This document shows, piece by piece, positions 27,215-35,985 of a stretch of DNA of 64,000 bases. The position numbers and the translations under genes are program-made. The DNA is from Candidatus Multivoradales bacterium. Its GTDB lineage: Bacteria; Acidobacteriota; Thermoanaerobaculia; Multivoradales; JAHEKO01. The notes under the pieces were generated by a model that was not told where the DNA came from, made no database searches, and saw only the letters and a program-made list of their open reading frames with translations. Position 1 is the first letter of the stretch. Every line of letters starts with the position of its first letter. The DNA is taken from positions 32,001 to 96,000 of the forward strand of contig CBDCVR010000014.1 of the NCBI GenBank assembly GCA_965223155.1. Reading direction: 5' to 3'.

Positions 27215-28009
27215 ATGATGAAACCCACGCGTCAACTCTCTTTTGTTTGCATCGCTCTCGTCGCTCTGTTGTTGCTTGCCGCCCCGCTAGGTTGGGCCAA
27301 CGATGATCACGACGATGATGATGAAACGCCTTTCGATGAAGCGAAGATTTTTTTCGAACTCAATCATACTGATGGCGATTTAGGCATTCACGCCCTGATC
27401 GACGGCGAGCCCTGGAAGCGGCTGAAAATCGAGGACCACAAAGAAAGAGAGATCCTCAAAGTGCAAGTGCATGGGCGGTTGAAACGGCAAGGGCTAACCG
27501 AGCTGTTTTTTGAGAGCGCCGAGCCGGGATTTGATGAATTGTCGCCCGAAGCCTTCTTTCGCCGCTTCAAGGAGGGCACTTATGAAGTCGAGGGGTTGAC
27601 CCTTGAGGGCGAAGAGCTAGAGAGCGAGGTCGAACTCACCCATCTCATGCCGGCGCCGCCGGGCAATGTCATGGTCTCCGGCATAGCCGCGGCCGCAGAC
27701 TGTGATGCCGATGACCTCCCAGCGGTTCCCGACGGTGATCCGGTGATCATCAGTTGGGAGGCGGTAACTCATTCGCACCCTGATCTAGGTCGAAAGGATG
27801 AGCCGATCGACGTCGTCCAATATCAACTGGTGGTCGAGCGAGAGGAGCCGACCACGTTGGTGTTTAGCGTCGACCTACCGCCTGAGGTCACGGAACTGAC
27901 AATTCCTGCAGGCTTTATCGCGCTCGGCGATGAATTCAAATACGAAATCCTGGTGCGAGAGGAAGGTGGCAATCAAACGGCGATTGAAAGCTGCTTCGAG
28001 ATCGATTAG
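27215..28009 (+). CDS. Secreted acidic hypothetical protein
   Basis: AAGGAG SD, Sec-type signal peptide ending GWA, mature N-terminus NDDHDDDDE, beta-rich C-terminal part and two Cys. Confidence 0.75.
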   Translation: MMKPTRQLSFVCIALVALLLLAAPLGWANDDHDDDDETPFDEAKIFFELNHTDGDLGIHALIDGEPWKRLKIEDHKEREILKVQVHGRLKRQGLTELFFESAEPGFDELSPEAFFRRFKEGTYEVEGLTLEGEELESEVELTHLMPAPPGNVMVSGIAAAADCDADDLPAVPDGDPVIISWEAVTHSHPDLGRKDEPIDVVQYQLVVEREEPTTLVFSVDLPPEVTELTIPAGFIALGDEFKYEILVREEGGNQTAIESCFEID

Positions 28010-28020
28010 CCCCGCATGGC

Positions 28021-28056
28021 GGATACGGCTTTGGGGGCCCCCTGAAAGCCGTATCC
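28021..28056 (+). terminator. Stem-loop after the secreted-protein gene
   Basis: Perfect 12-bp inverted repeat GGATACGGCTTT/AAAGCCGTATCC. Confidence 0.6.
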
Positions 28057-28107
28057 AAGTATGCTATGATGATGAGGATGTAGTATACGGGTGAAAAGGA
28101 GAAGACG

Positions 28108-28773
28108 TTGCGAGTGTTGATTATCGAAGACTCTTCACGCCTGCGCCGCTCCTTGTGCAATGGCTTGCGACATGAGGGATTTGTTGCGGACGCCGCTGGC
28201 GACGGCCGCGAAGGGCTCTGTTACGCGGAGGTCTATCCTTACGACGCCATTGTCTTGGACATCATGATGCCGCATATGGATGGCTTAACGGTGCTCAAAA
28301 CGCTGCGGGCGCAGGGGGATGATACGCATATTCTGATCCTCTCAGCCAAAGATCAGCTTGAAGATCGCCTGAAGGGATTGGATTTAGGCGCAGATGACTA
28401 TCTCGTCAAACCCTTTGCCTTTGAAGAACTTTGCTCGCGCTTGCGCGCTTTGGTGCGCCGCCGCTATCAGGCGAAGGCCCCGGTCATTCATCTCGACGAT
28501 CTGTTGGTCGACACCGCGCAGCGCCAGGCATGCCTGGGTGAAGCGACGCTTGCTCTCACCCGCCAGGAGTACGCCCTGTTGGAGCGGCTGGCGCTCAGCC
28601 GCGGCCGCGTTTTGTCCCGCGACCTGTTGCGCGATCAGCTCTACGCCAGCGATGCGGATGTGGGCAGCAACGTCATCGACGTGGTGATTTGCACGCTGCG
28701 GCGTAAAATTAAAACCGCGGGCGGGCCGTCCGTCATTCAAACGATCCGCGGGCAAGGCTATCTGATTGCCTAA
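28108..28773 (+). CDS. OmpR/PhoB-family response regulator
   Basis: LIIED, VLDIMMP, GADDYLVKPF and IQTIRGQGY motifs; TGCTATGAT extended -10 upstream. Confidence 0.93.
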   Translation: MRVLIIEDSSRLRRSLCNGLRHEGFVADAAGDGREGLCYAEVYPYDAIVLDIMMPHMDGLTVLKTLRAQGDDTHILILSAKDQLEDRLKGLDLGADDYLVKPFAFEELCSRLRALVRRRYQAKAPVIHLDDLLVDTAQRQACLGEATLALTRQEYALLERLALSRGRVLSRDLLRDQLYASDADVGSNVIDVVICTLRRKIKTAGGPSVIQTIRGQGYLIA

Positions 28774-28788
28774 AGTCATGGAGGTGTA

Positions 28789-30318
28789 ATGCGTTCCATC
28801 CGCAGTCGCTTGACGATGCTGTTAGTCGTGGGCGCGAGCGTCCTGCTGGTGGCAACGGGCGTCTTGATCGGCTCCGTCCTCAACGCGCATTTGCTAGATG
28901 AATTCGACCAGGTGTTGCTGGGCAAGGCGAAGCTGCTGATGGCGCTGATCGAAGATGAAGGCGACGTCATCGAGTTTGACTTTTCCGCCGACATCATGCC
29001 GGAATTTGCTCACACCGAGCATCCCGACTACTTTCATCTCTGGCTCCAATCCGATACGCGCGTCGACAAATCGCCCTCCCTCGGCGCGCATGAGTTGCCC
29101 CGCTCGCCAGGGCTTGACCCACGCCCGATCTATCGCAATTTTACCTTGCCCAATGGCCGCCATGGCCGCCTGGTTCAAGTTGCATTTATCCCCCAACTGG
29201 AGCAACCGGATCCTGAGGATGAGGATGAAGATGAATCCGAGAAGAACCAGGCGCAGGCCAAGGGCCAAAATGAGGCGGACGAAGGAGACGAAGACGACGA
29301 TGACGACGATGAAGACGATGAAGATCATCAGATTGAAGCGCTCGATCCCAGACAATTCCCGGATCGCGCCGCCACGCTGATCGTCGCCCGCGACCGCACG
29401 CGGCTCGACGCACTCATGCGCAAGCTCAATCTGTTTTTGGCTGGCCTGCTGCTCGGGCTCCTGGCGATTATCATGGCGCTGGTGCGCGTCGCCTTGCGCG
29501 TGGGCCTGCGGCCGCTAGACGATATGGGGCAACAAGCCTCACAGCTCGATATCGACTCGCTCACCACTGGCATCCAATTGCATACCGAGACCGCCGAGCT
29601 GACGCCAGTGGTGGCGCAGCTCAACGCCTTGCTCTACCGGCTGGACGCCGCCTTTAGCCGGGAGCGCCAGTTTAGCAGCGACGTGGCGCATGAACTGCGC
29701 ACGCCGTTGGCGGAATTGCGTATGCTGACCGAAGTCGGGGGACGCTGGCCCGATGACCGCCAGGCGGTCGAGCAATACTTTGCGGATGCGCACGCCATCT
29801 GCGAGCAAATGGAGCGCGTGGTGATCAGCCTGCTCACCCTGGCGCGTTGTGAACGAGGCGCGCAGCCGGTGCGCCTGGCGCCGATTGATCTCAACGACAT
29901 CGTCTCCGCCAGTTGGCAAAGCGTGGCGCAAACGGCGACGGAAAGAGCACAGCGCCTGGAATGTCAGATTCCCCCGGCGTGCGCCATTACATCGGATTAC
30001 GACATGCTGTTGCTGGTCTTGAGCAATCTTATGGGCAACGCCGTTCTGCACAGCGCGCCGTCGAGCCTCATCCGTTGCGAAGCGATGCAAAACGGCGATA
30101 AAACCGCGCTCACCATCAGCAATCCGGCGAAGGATTTGACCGCGGCGGATGTCCATCACGTGTTTGAGCGCTTTTGGCGCAAAGACACGGCTCGCTCCGA
30201 CGGCGGGCATTCCGGTCTGGGACTCGCCATCGTCAAAGCCTTCGCCGATCTCCTCAACACCGATATCCAGGCGCGCCTAGATGAGGAACAGGCATTTTCC
30301 ATTCGCCTGTCGCTCTAA
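28789..30318 (+). CDS. Sensor histidine kinase (2 TM, HAMP, HisKA, HATPase) with an acidic insert in the sensor domain
   Basis: FSSDVAHELRTPL, NLMGNA and GLGLAIV motifs; D/E tract between the two TM helices. Confidence 0.92.
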   Translation: MRSIRSRLTMLLVVGASVLLVATGVLIGSVLNAHLLDEFDQVLLGKAKLLMALIEDEGDVIEFDFSADIMPEFAHTEHPDYFHLWLQSDTRVDKSPSLGAHELPRSPGLDPRPIYRNFTLPNGRHGRLVQVAFIPQLEQPDPEDEDEDESEKNQAQAKGQNEADEGDEDDDDDDEDDEDHQIEALDPRQFPDRAATLIVARDRTRLDALMRKLNLFLAGLLLGLLAIIMALVRVALRVGLRPLDDMGQQASQLDIDSLTTGIQLHTETAELTPVVAQLNALLYRLDAAFSRERQFSSDVAHELRTPLAELRMLTEVGGRWPDDRQAVEQYFADAHAICEQMERVVISLLTLARCERGAQPVRLAPIDLNDIVSASWQSVAQTATERAQRLECQIPPACAITSDYDMLLLVLSNLMGNAVLHSAPSSLIRCEAMQNGDKTALTISNPAKDLTAADVHHVFERFWRKDTARSDGGHSGLGLAIVKAFADLLNTDIQARLDEEQAFSIRLSL

Positions 30319-31010
30319 CCCTCCCGCGTCAGTTGCCAGCTCCCGCGCCGTGTCGGCATTTGCAGCGCCCGATCCAGGGCTTTGAGAAACTGCGAACGCG
30401 GCCACTCCCGCGCGCCAAAACGCTCTAAATGCTCAGTGTAGACCTGGCAATCGATCAATGCAAACGCCCAGTTCTGCAGCCGCTGCGCCAGGTGGACAAA
30501 CGCCACTTTGGAGGCGTCGCTGCGGCGCGCAAACATCGATTCGCCAAAAAACGCCCCGCCCAAAGACAGGCCGTACAAGCCGCCCGCCAGCTCGCCCGCC
30601 GCCCATGCCTCGATCGAGTGGGCAAATCCGAGTTCGTGCAACCGGCAGTACGCCTCGATCATCTCCGGCGTGATCCACGTGCCGTCCTGATAGGGGCGCG
30701 GCGTGGCGCTGCAGGCGCGCATGACCTGTTCGAACGCCGTATCGTAGCGCACTTCGTACACGCCCTTGTTGCACGTTTTGCGCAAACTGCGCGACACGTA
30801 CAACTCGGACGGCGGCAGGACCATGCGGGGATCCGGCGAAAACCACAGCATGGGCCAGGCGTCGCCATGCGGCCAGGGAAAAATGCCTTGCGCATAAGCC
30901 AGCAGCACGCGTTGGGGATGCAAATCACCCCCAACGGCCAACAAGCCGCTAGCGTCGGCGTCATTGGGATCCGGAAAGACATATTGCTCGGTCAGGCGAT
31001 AAACCGGCAC
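30315..31010 (-). CDS. aat: Leucyl/phenylalanyl-tRNA--protein transferase
   Basis: GLLAVGGDL, AYAQGIFPW, WFSPDPR, GGLYG and FFGESMF motifs. Confidence 0.95.
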   Translation of the reverse strand: MPVYRLTEQYVFPDPNDADASGLLAVGGDLHPQRVLLAYAQGIFPWPHGDAWPMLWFSPDPRMVLPPSELYVSRSLRKTCNKGVYEVRYDTAFEQVMRACSATPRPYQDGTWITPEMIEAYCRLHELGFAHSIEAWAAGELAGGLYGLSLGGAFFGESMFARRSDASKVAFVHLAQRLQNWAFALIDCQVYTEHLERFGAREWPRSQFLKALDRALQMPTRRGSWQLTREG

Positions 31011-31073
31011 GCGGAGGCTCCATCTGGCAATCATCGCGACATCAATGATGAGACTATGAAAGCTTAAGGATTT

Positions 31074-31100
31074 TTAAGTTTAAACCATGTGATCCGATAA
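31074..31100 (+). promoter_or_regulatory. Putative sigma-28 (FliA/WhiG-type) promoter
   Basis: TTAAGTTT-N11-TCCGATAA versus the consensus TAAAGTTT-N11-GCCGATAA. Confidence 0.5.
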
Positions 31101-31152
31101 AATCTTTAGCAACAAATATTGATTAACATTTCATGAAAAGAGAAAATTTGTT

Positions 31153-31440
31153 TTGAGCGTATTGCATAAAACCAGCGCGATCGTCGTTATCGCCTTTGTC
31201 ATGATAGGAGTAGGAGTTTGGAACAGGGCTTCTTCTTATCAAGATGCTAAGACTGAGATGCTTAAGTTTTGTGGAGGTAACAGCAAATGTAAAAAATCAC
31301 TAAACGATATTCTTGATACCTGCTTTAATCTGAATTATAACAGGACAATCAATCAACATCCAAGCAGTTTAGAGCACGCTGCTTTTGTCCAATGCGTACA
31401 GCGGGCAGATAGCAGCGAATTTCTCATGCTGCATCGTTAA
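31153..31440 (+). CDS. Small AT-rich hypothetical protein with an N-terminal TM helix and 4 Cys
   Basis: Hydrophobic N-terminus and four Cys in the soluble part; start codon uncertain. Confidence 0.5.
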   Translation: MSVLHKTSAIVVIAFVMIGVGVWNRASSYQDAKTEMLKFCGGNSKCKKSLNDILDTCFNLNYNRTINQHPSSLEHAAFVQCVQRADSSEFLMLHR

Positions 31441-31528
31441 TCTTATCGTGGGTGATAGCATCAAGCTGATGTTTGGGCTTGCATGCCTCAGCTTGATGGG
31501 TCCAACATCCACTCCAGAAGGCATAGAC

Positions 31529-31792
31529 ATGCAGAAATATATGGTTCAACCGGGAGACACACTAAACACTATCGCCAAAGCCTACTATGGCCATGCCAAT
31601 CGAGCCAAAGACATTGCCAGGGCGAACGGCATTAGAAACCCCCGTCATATCAAAGTGGGGTGGAAACTCGTACTCCCCGATATATCTCATGCTGCACTCT
31701 CTATCTCTACCAAGCGCATTCACGGCGACTGCGAGGGTCTGAAAGACCGCCAATTCTATCTGCAACGCGCCAAAGACGCGCTTCAAGCTTAA
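31529..31792 (+). CDS. Single LysM-domain protein
   Basis: YMVQPGDTLNTIAKAYYG...IARANGIRNPRHIKVGWKLVLP. Confidence 0.85.
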   Translation: MQKYMVQPGDTLNTIAKAYYGHANRAKDIARANGIRNPRHIKVGWKLVLPDISHAALSISTKRIHGDCEGLKDRQFYLQRAKDALQA

Positions 31793-31810
31793 AGCCTCGC
31801 CGCCTCGGAC

Positions 31811-31835
31811 GGGGCGCGACAGCGCATCGCGCCCC
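31811..31835. terminator. Hairpin between convergent genes
   Basis: Perfect 9-bp stem GGGGCGCGA/TCGCGCCCC. Confidence 0.5.
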
Positions 31836-31852
31836 ATGCTGCACCGGATCAT

Positions 31853-32644
31853 CTACACCACGGCGCAAGCGCCGCCATCAATGTTGACCGAGGCGCCAGT
31901 GATAAACGCCGCCCGGTTTGACGCGAGAAACGCCACAAGATCACCCACTTCTTCCGCCTCGCCCACACGCCCAACAGGCACGCGTTGTCCGACCTCTTCG
32001 TACCAGGCATCGAGAGTTAAATCGGGACGGGTCTGTTTGACCTGTTCGTAGCGCCGCTCATGCTGCGCGCTTTTCAAGACGCCTAGACAAATCGTGTTCA
32101 CCAAAATATTTTCCGGCGCGTACTCCGTGGCCATCGATTTGGTCAGGTTAATGCCGGCGGCGCGGCTCACCGAGGTGGGAACCCGTTTTTGCCCCGGAGC
32201 CTTGCCAGCGCCTGTGGTCATATTGATAATGCGGCCGCCGCCGCGTTGGCGCATGTGCGGGATCACTGCTTTGGAGCAATAAATTGTGCCAAACAATTTG
32301 ATTTCAATATCTTCGCGCCAGGTTTCCTCGGTGGCTTCCAAAAAGGGAAAGGCGCGCGAGCCGCCCGCGTTGTTGACCAAAATATCGATGCCGCCAAAGC
32401 GCTCCACCGTTTTTTGCACCAATTCCTGCACTTGGGCCTCACTGCAGACATCGACCGGCATGGCCAGCACTTCCTTGCCGGTTTTGGCCTTGATCTCGTC
32501 GGCGGCTTTTTGCAATACATCATGGCGCCGGGCGCAGATGGCGACCTCCGCCCCTTCTTCGCACAAGCGCAACGCCGACGCCTTGCCGATGCCCTCGCTG
32601 CCGCCGGTAATAATCGCCACTTTTCCCGTCAGTCCCAAATCCAT
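31853..32644 (-). CDS. SDR oxidoreductase
   Basis: TGGSEGIG, NNAG and ITGASVNIDGG motifs; the YxxxK position is atypical (TSVSR). Confidence 0.88.
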   Translation of the reverse strand: MDLGLTGKVAIITGGSEGIGKASALRLCEEGAEVAICARRHDVLQKAADEIKAKTGKEVLAMPVDVCSEAQVQELVQKTVERFGGIDILVNNAGGSRAFPFLEATEETWREDIEIKLFGTIYCSKAVIPHMRQRGGGRIINMTTGAGKAPGQKRVPTSVSRAAGINLTKSMATEYAPENILVNTICLGVLKSAQHERRYEQVKQTRPDLTLDAWYEEVGQRVPVGRVGEAEEVGDLVAFLASNRAAFITGASVNIDGGACAVV

Positions 32645-32786
32645 CGCTGCTCTCCCCTCCGTCAGGTAATACTGCGTTTGCCGTCATTATGTCTAGCGTC
32701 AGTTCTAGCGCACTTTGGCTGTCGGGTCAATGGCCGCCTAGCTTCGTTTGAGAACAGATCGCATTAGCAGTCAGTCGGGAGGAAGA

Positions 32787-34460
32787 TTACGTTAGCCTAT
32801 CTTGGAACACGTTTTCGCGCAGATGCTCGGCCAAACGAATGGCGAGGGCCACAATGGTAAACGTCGGATTGGCGCAACCGCTGCTGGGAAAGACTGACGA
32901 ACCGGCCATGTAGACGTTGTCGACGCTATGCAGCCGGCCATCCGGCGTCACCACGGAGGTGGCGGGATCGGCGCCCATGCGGGTGGTTCCTATATGGTGC
33001 GAGGCGTCGTAGGTAATCGGCCAGGGCTCACACGTTTCCAACTCGCTGGCGAGTTCCCCAAGACCCATGTCGCGGACTTCCGTCGCCAGGGTTTGGTGCA
33101 AGGCGATGAGCGACTGGCGGTCTAGCACTGTGGTTTGATGATAGACGTGCGGTATCGGTTGGCCGTACGCATCCGTTTTGTCGCTGAGCGTCACGCGATT
33201 TTCCGGCGCCGGCTCCATTTCCATAAAATTGCGCATGCGAATGGTATGAATGGCGGGATGCGCGCCCTCTCGCAGCCGCGCCATGACATAGCGCAGCACC
33301 ATGGGAAAATTGGCGGCGATGGCGACAAAGAGCCCGAGCCAATCCAGCCAAGTTTTGCGATCGTTTTGCAACTCGGTGTCGTCGCCCGTCTCAGCGTAGT
33401 CCCGCAGGGAGACGATGCGCTCTTTGGCCCGCGCCTTCCAGCGCTCTAACAGCACGGCGCTGCGCTTCACTAAGAAAATCAGGGACTCCACCCCACGGTT
33501 GTCCGACCACGGAAACAGCGGCTCAAAGCGCACGTACGAGTTCAGACAACCCTTCTCTATCTGGGCGCGGTCTTTGAAACGGATGCCGCCATAGCCGGCG
33601 TAGCCCTGAAACAGACAGCCGAAATAATACGGCAATTCGTGCAGGGGTTCTTTGAGATGGATCAAGCCATAGGGGTCTTTGGGGTGATTCATGAAATAGC
33701 GGCCGACCTGATCGTGCTCGTTGCCCAGTCCCTGCGGACACGCATCGCGGGAATTGAGCAGGATTCTGGCGTTTTCAATGCCGCCGGCAGCGATGATAAA
33801 CACCGTGGCGGTCACCGCGCCATGGTAGCCCGAACTGCTGCGCACCACGCCGCGCGCGATGCGTTGCGCTGAGTCGCCAGCTTCGAGCCGGGTGAGCGTG
33901 GCGTCGAGATAGAGATCGACGCCCGGTTGGGAAAAGATGGCGCGAAACATGCGGCCGAAATGCTGAGGATTGGCCGCGGCGAGAAAGGTTTTTTCTTCAA
34001 GAGCCGTCCACGCCAAGCCGCGGTCGTCTCCCGCTTTCACCTCGCTAAAGCCGTCGGGTTCAAACAGTTTGAGCGGGGCGAAGCCGTAGTCCTGCGTCGC
34101 CTTTTCGTAGTAGGGCAGCAGCTCATCGCGCGACAGCGGCCAACCCGAGTGGCGCAGAAACGGCCGGGGCTGAAAATCGATGGGATCGAGCGGGCTCGCT
34201 AGCCCGGACCAGGTGGTCGACGCCCCGCCCAAGACGCGTTCGCGCGAGTAGTCCTTGATGCGAATCCCGTCGCTGTTGACCTGGCGCAATTGATCGCCGT
34301 GTTTGCTGAATTTGAGCTGACCGCTCTCCAGCACGCAGATGCGCAAGCCCGAAGCGGCCAGTTCATTGGCCACGGTGAGGCCGGCCGGTCCCGACCCGAC
34401 GATACAGAGGTCGTAGACCGGTAACAGATCGGTTTTCGCTTTGCCCAGGTCGATAATCAT
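32787..34460 (-). CDS. GMC-family FAD oxidoreductase
   Basis: IVGSGPAG, LGGASTTW, GGIENARILL, HHIGTTRMG and ANPTFTIVALA motifs. Confidence 0.9.
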   Translation of the reverse strand: MIIDLGKAKTDLLPVYDLCIVGSGPAGLTVANELAASGLRICVLESGQLKFSKHGDQLRQVNSDGIRIKDYSRERVLGGASTTWSGLASPLDPIDFQPRPFLRHSGWPLSRDELLPYYEKATQDYGFAPLKLFEPDGFSEVKAGDDRGLAWTALEEKTFLAAANPQHFGRMFRAIFSQPGVDLYLDATLTRLEAGDSAQRIARGVVRSSSGYHGAVTATVFIIAAGGIENARILLNSRDACPQGLGNEHDQVGRYFMNHPKDPYGLIHLKEPLHELPYYFGCLFQGYAGYGGIRFKDRAQIEKGCLNSYVRFEPLFPWSDNRGVESLIFLVKRSAVLLERWKARAKERIVSLRDYAETGDDTELQNDRKTWLDWLGLFVAIAANFPMVLRYVMARLREGAHPAIHTIRMRNFMEMEPAPENRVTLSDKTDAYGQPIPHVYHQTTVLDRQSLIALHQTLATEVRDMGLGELASELETCEPWPITYDASHHIGTTRMGADPATSVVTPDGRLHSVDNVYMAGSSVFPSSGCANPTFTIVALAIRLAEHLRENVFQDRLT

Positions 34461-34527
34461 AGCAGCCCATTCGCACATAGAGGTGATCGCGGTTTTCACT
34501 CAAAAGTGTAATGGACAACCCCCCGGC

Positions 34528-35295
34528 TTACAACGCCGCGTCGACGCGGCGGCGAAAATCCTCCGCCCCGAGTCGCAGCAATCCCAAGGCCGAAATGGTG
34601 ACAAAATTGGCGCCGAGTTTAATGAACTCGGCCACCCCGGCCGCATCCGCTGGCGAATTGCCGCCGACGCCGACGTTGCGGCCGCCGGCCCGGATGCGCG
34701 GAATCACCTGGCGCATGACATCTCGCACTTTTTCCGGCCCTGGATTACCCATGCTTTGCCCTAAATCGCCGGAGGCGACGTGCAACACATCGACGCCCGC
34801 GACGCTGAGAATGTCATCCAGGTTATCCACCGCCGTGGTTTCCTCCACCATGGGAATGACCAACAATTGCTCGTTGATCCAGCGCGACGATTCGGCCCGC
34901 GTCACGCCGACATTGTAGTCGTGCGGCCGCCCGCCGCCGGCGCCGCGATGGCCCTCGGGCGCGTAGCGCGCCGCCCGCGCCACTGCATCAGCCGCGTCGC
35001 GCGTGTTAACGTGCGGCACAATAATGCCTTGCACGCCGCGATCGAGATAGCGCAGAATGGTCGAATCCTCATGATTGGGCACGCGGGTAATAGGCGTAAT
35101 GCCGAACACCTCCGCGGCGCGCACCATGTGTTCGACATGGTCGATATCCATGGCGCCGTGCTCGCAGTCGATCATGACGAAATCGTAGCCAATAGCGCCA
35201 AAGAGTTCGACGAGATCGGGGGCGTAACGGCTGATTATGGCGCCAAAAACAACTTGGCCGTCCGCTAATTTGGCTTTTGTGCGATTGGTTTGCAT
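34528..35295 (-). CDS. HpcH/HpaI aldolase-family protein
   Basis: GYDFVMIDCEHG, RVP, LDRG.QGIIVPHV and MVEE motifs. Confidence 0.88.
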   Translation of the reverse strand: MQTNRTKAKLADGQVVFGAIISRYAPDLVELFGAIGYDFVMIDCEHGAMDIDHVEHMVRAAEVFGITPITRVPNHEDSTILRYLDRGVQGIIVPHVNTRDAADAVARAARYAPEGHRGAGGGRPHDYNVGVTRAESSRWINEQLLVIPMVEETTAVDNLDDILSVAGVDVLHVASGDLGQSMGNPGPEKVRDVMRQVIPRIRAGGRNVGVGGNSPADAAGVAEFIKLGANFVTISALGLLRLGAEDFRRRVDAAL

Positions 35296-35448
35296 ACGAG
35301 TCTGTTGACCTCCCTGTCCGGGTTGCATATCATGCGCCGCTTGTGAGCGCGTCCCTTATTTACCACGCAGCAAGGTGTATATACAACTGGGAATTCCTGC
35401 TATACTGGGGCGTCTAAAGTGATTTATCTGACGGGTCAAAGGAGTTTC

Positions 35449-35985
35449 ATGCTGGGTGTGATTGGTGTGGTATGGGGTCTTGGCGGCGTGGTGTTCATGC
35501 TGGGCTACGCCGTCGTGCGTCTATTTCCGGTGACGATGGCGGCGTTCGAGCAGCCCTTGCAGTGGTATCACTGGGTGTTCTTACTCGGCTTTGTCGCGTT
35601 TATGGCCTACTCGGAAGGCTATCGAGGCTTTCAACAGGCGTTTTCGCCGCGCGTAGCGGCGCGCTTAAAATATTTGTACGACTACCCGAGACTTCGGCAT
35701 GTGGCGCTGAGTCCATTGTTTTGCATGGGCTATTTTTACATCCAAAGGCGTCGCCGCATCGTGATATATACCATCACCTGCAGCATTATCGCCCTAATCG
35801 TCGCGGTGAGATTTCTGGCGCAGCCCTGGCGCGGCATGATCGACGCCGGTGTGTTGGTGGGCTTGACATGGGGGCTTGTCACGGTGCTGGTGAGCACGCA
35901 ACAAGCCTTTCGCGCCACGCCTGCCAAGCCCTTTCCATATACGCCGGAAGTACCCGATGACGCCCCAGGGGTCAGACCGTCGTGA
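35449..35985 (+). CDS. Conserved hypothetical membrane protein
   Basis: Four hydrophobic segments, MAYSEGYRGFQ..FSPRV and QPWRG.ID.G motifs; AGGAG SD. Confidence 0.7.
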   Translation: MLGVIGVVWGLGGVVFMLGYAVVRLFPVTMAAFEQPLQWYHWVFLLGFVAFMAYSEGYRGFQQAFSPRVAARLKYLYDYPRLRHVALSPLFCMGYFYIQRRRRIVIYTITCSIIALIVAVRFLAQPWRGMIDAGVLVGLTWGLVTVLVSTQQAFRATPAKPFPYTPEVPDDAPGVRPS

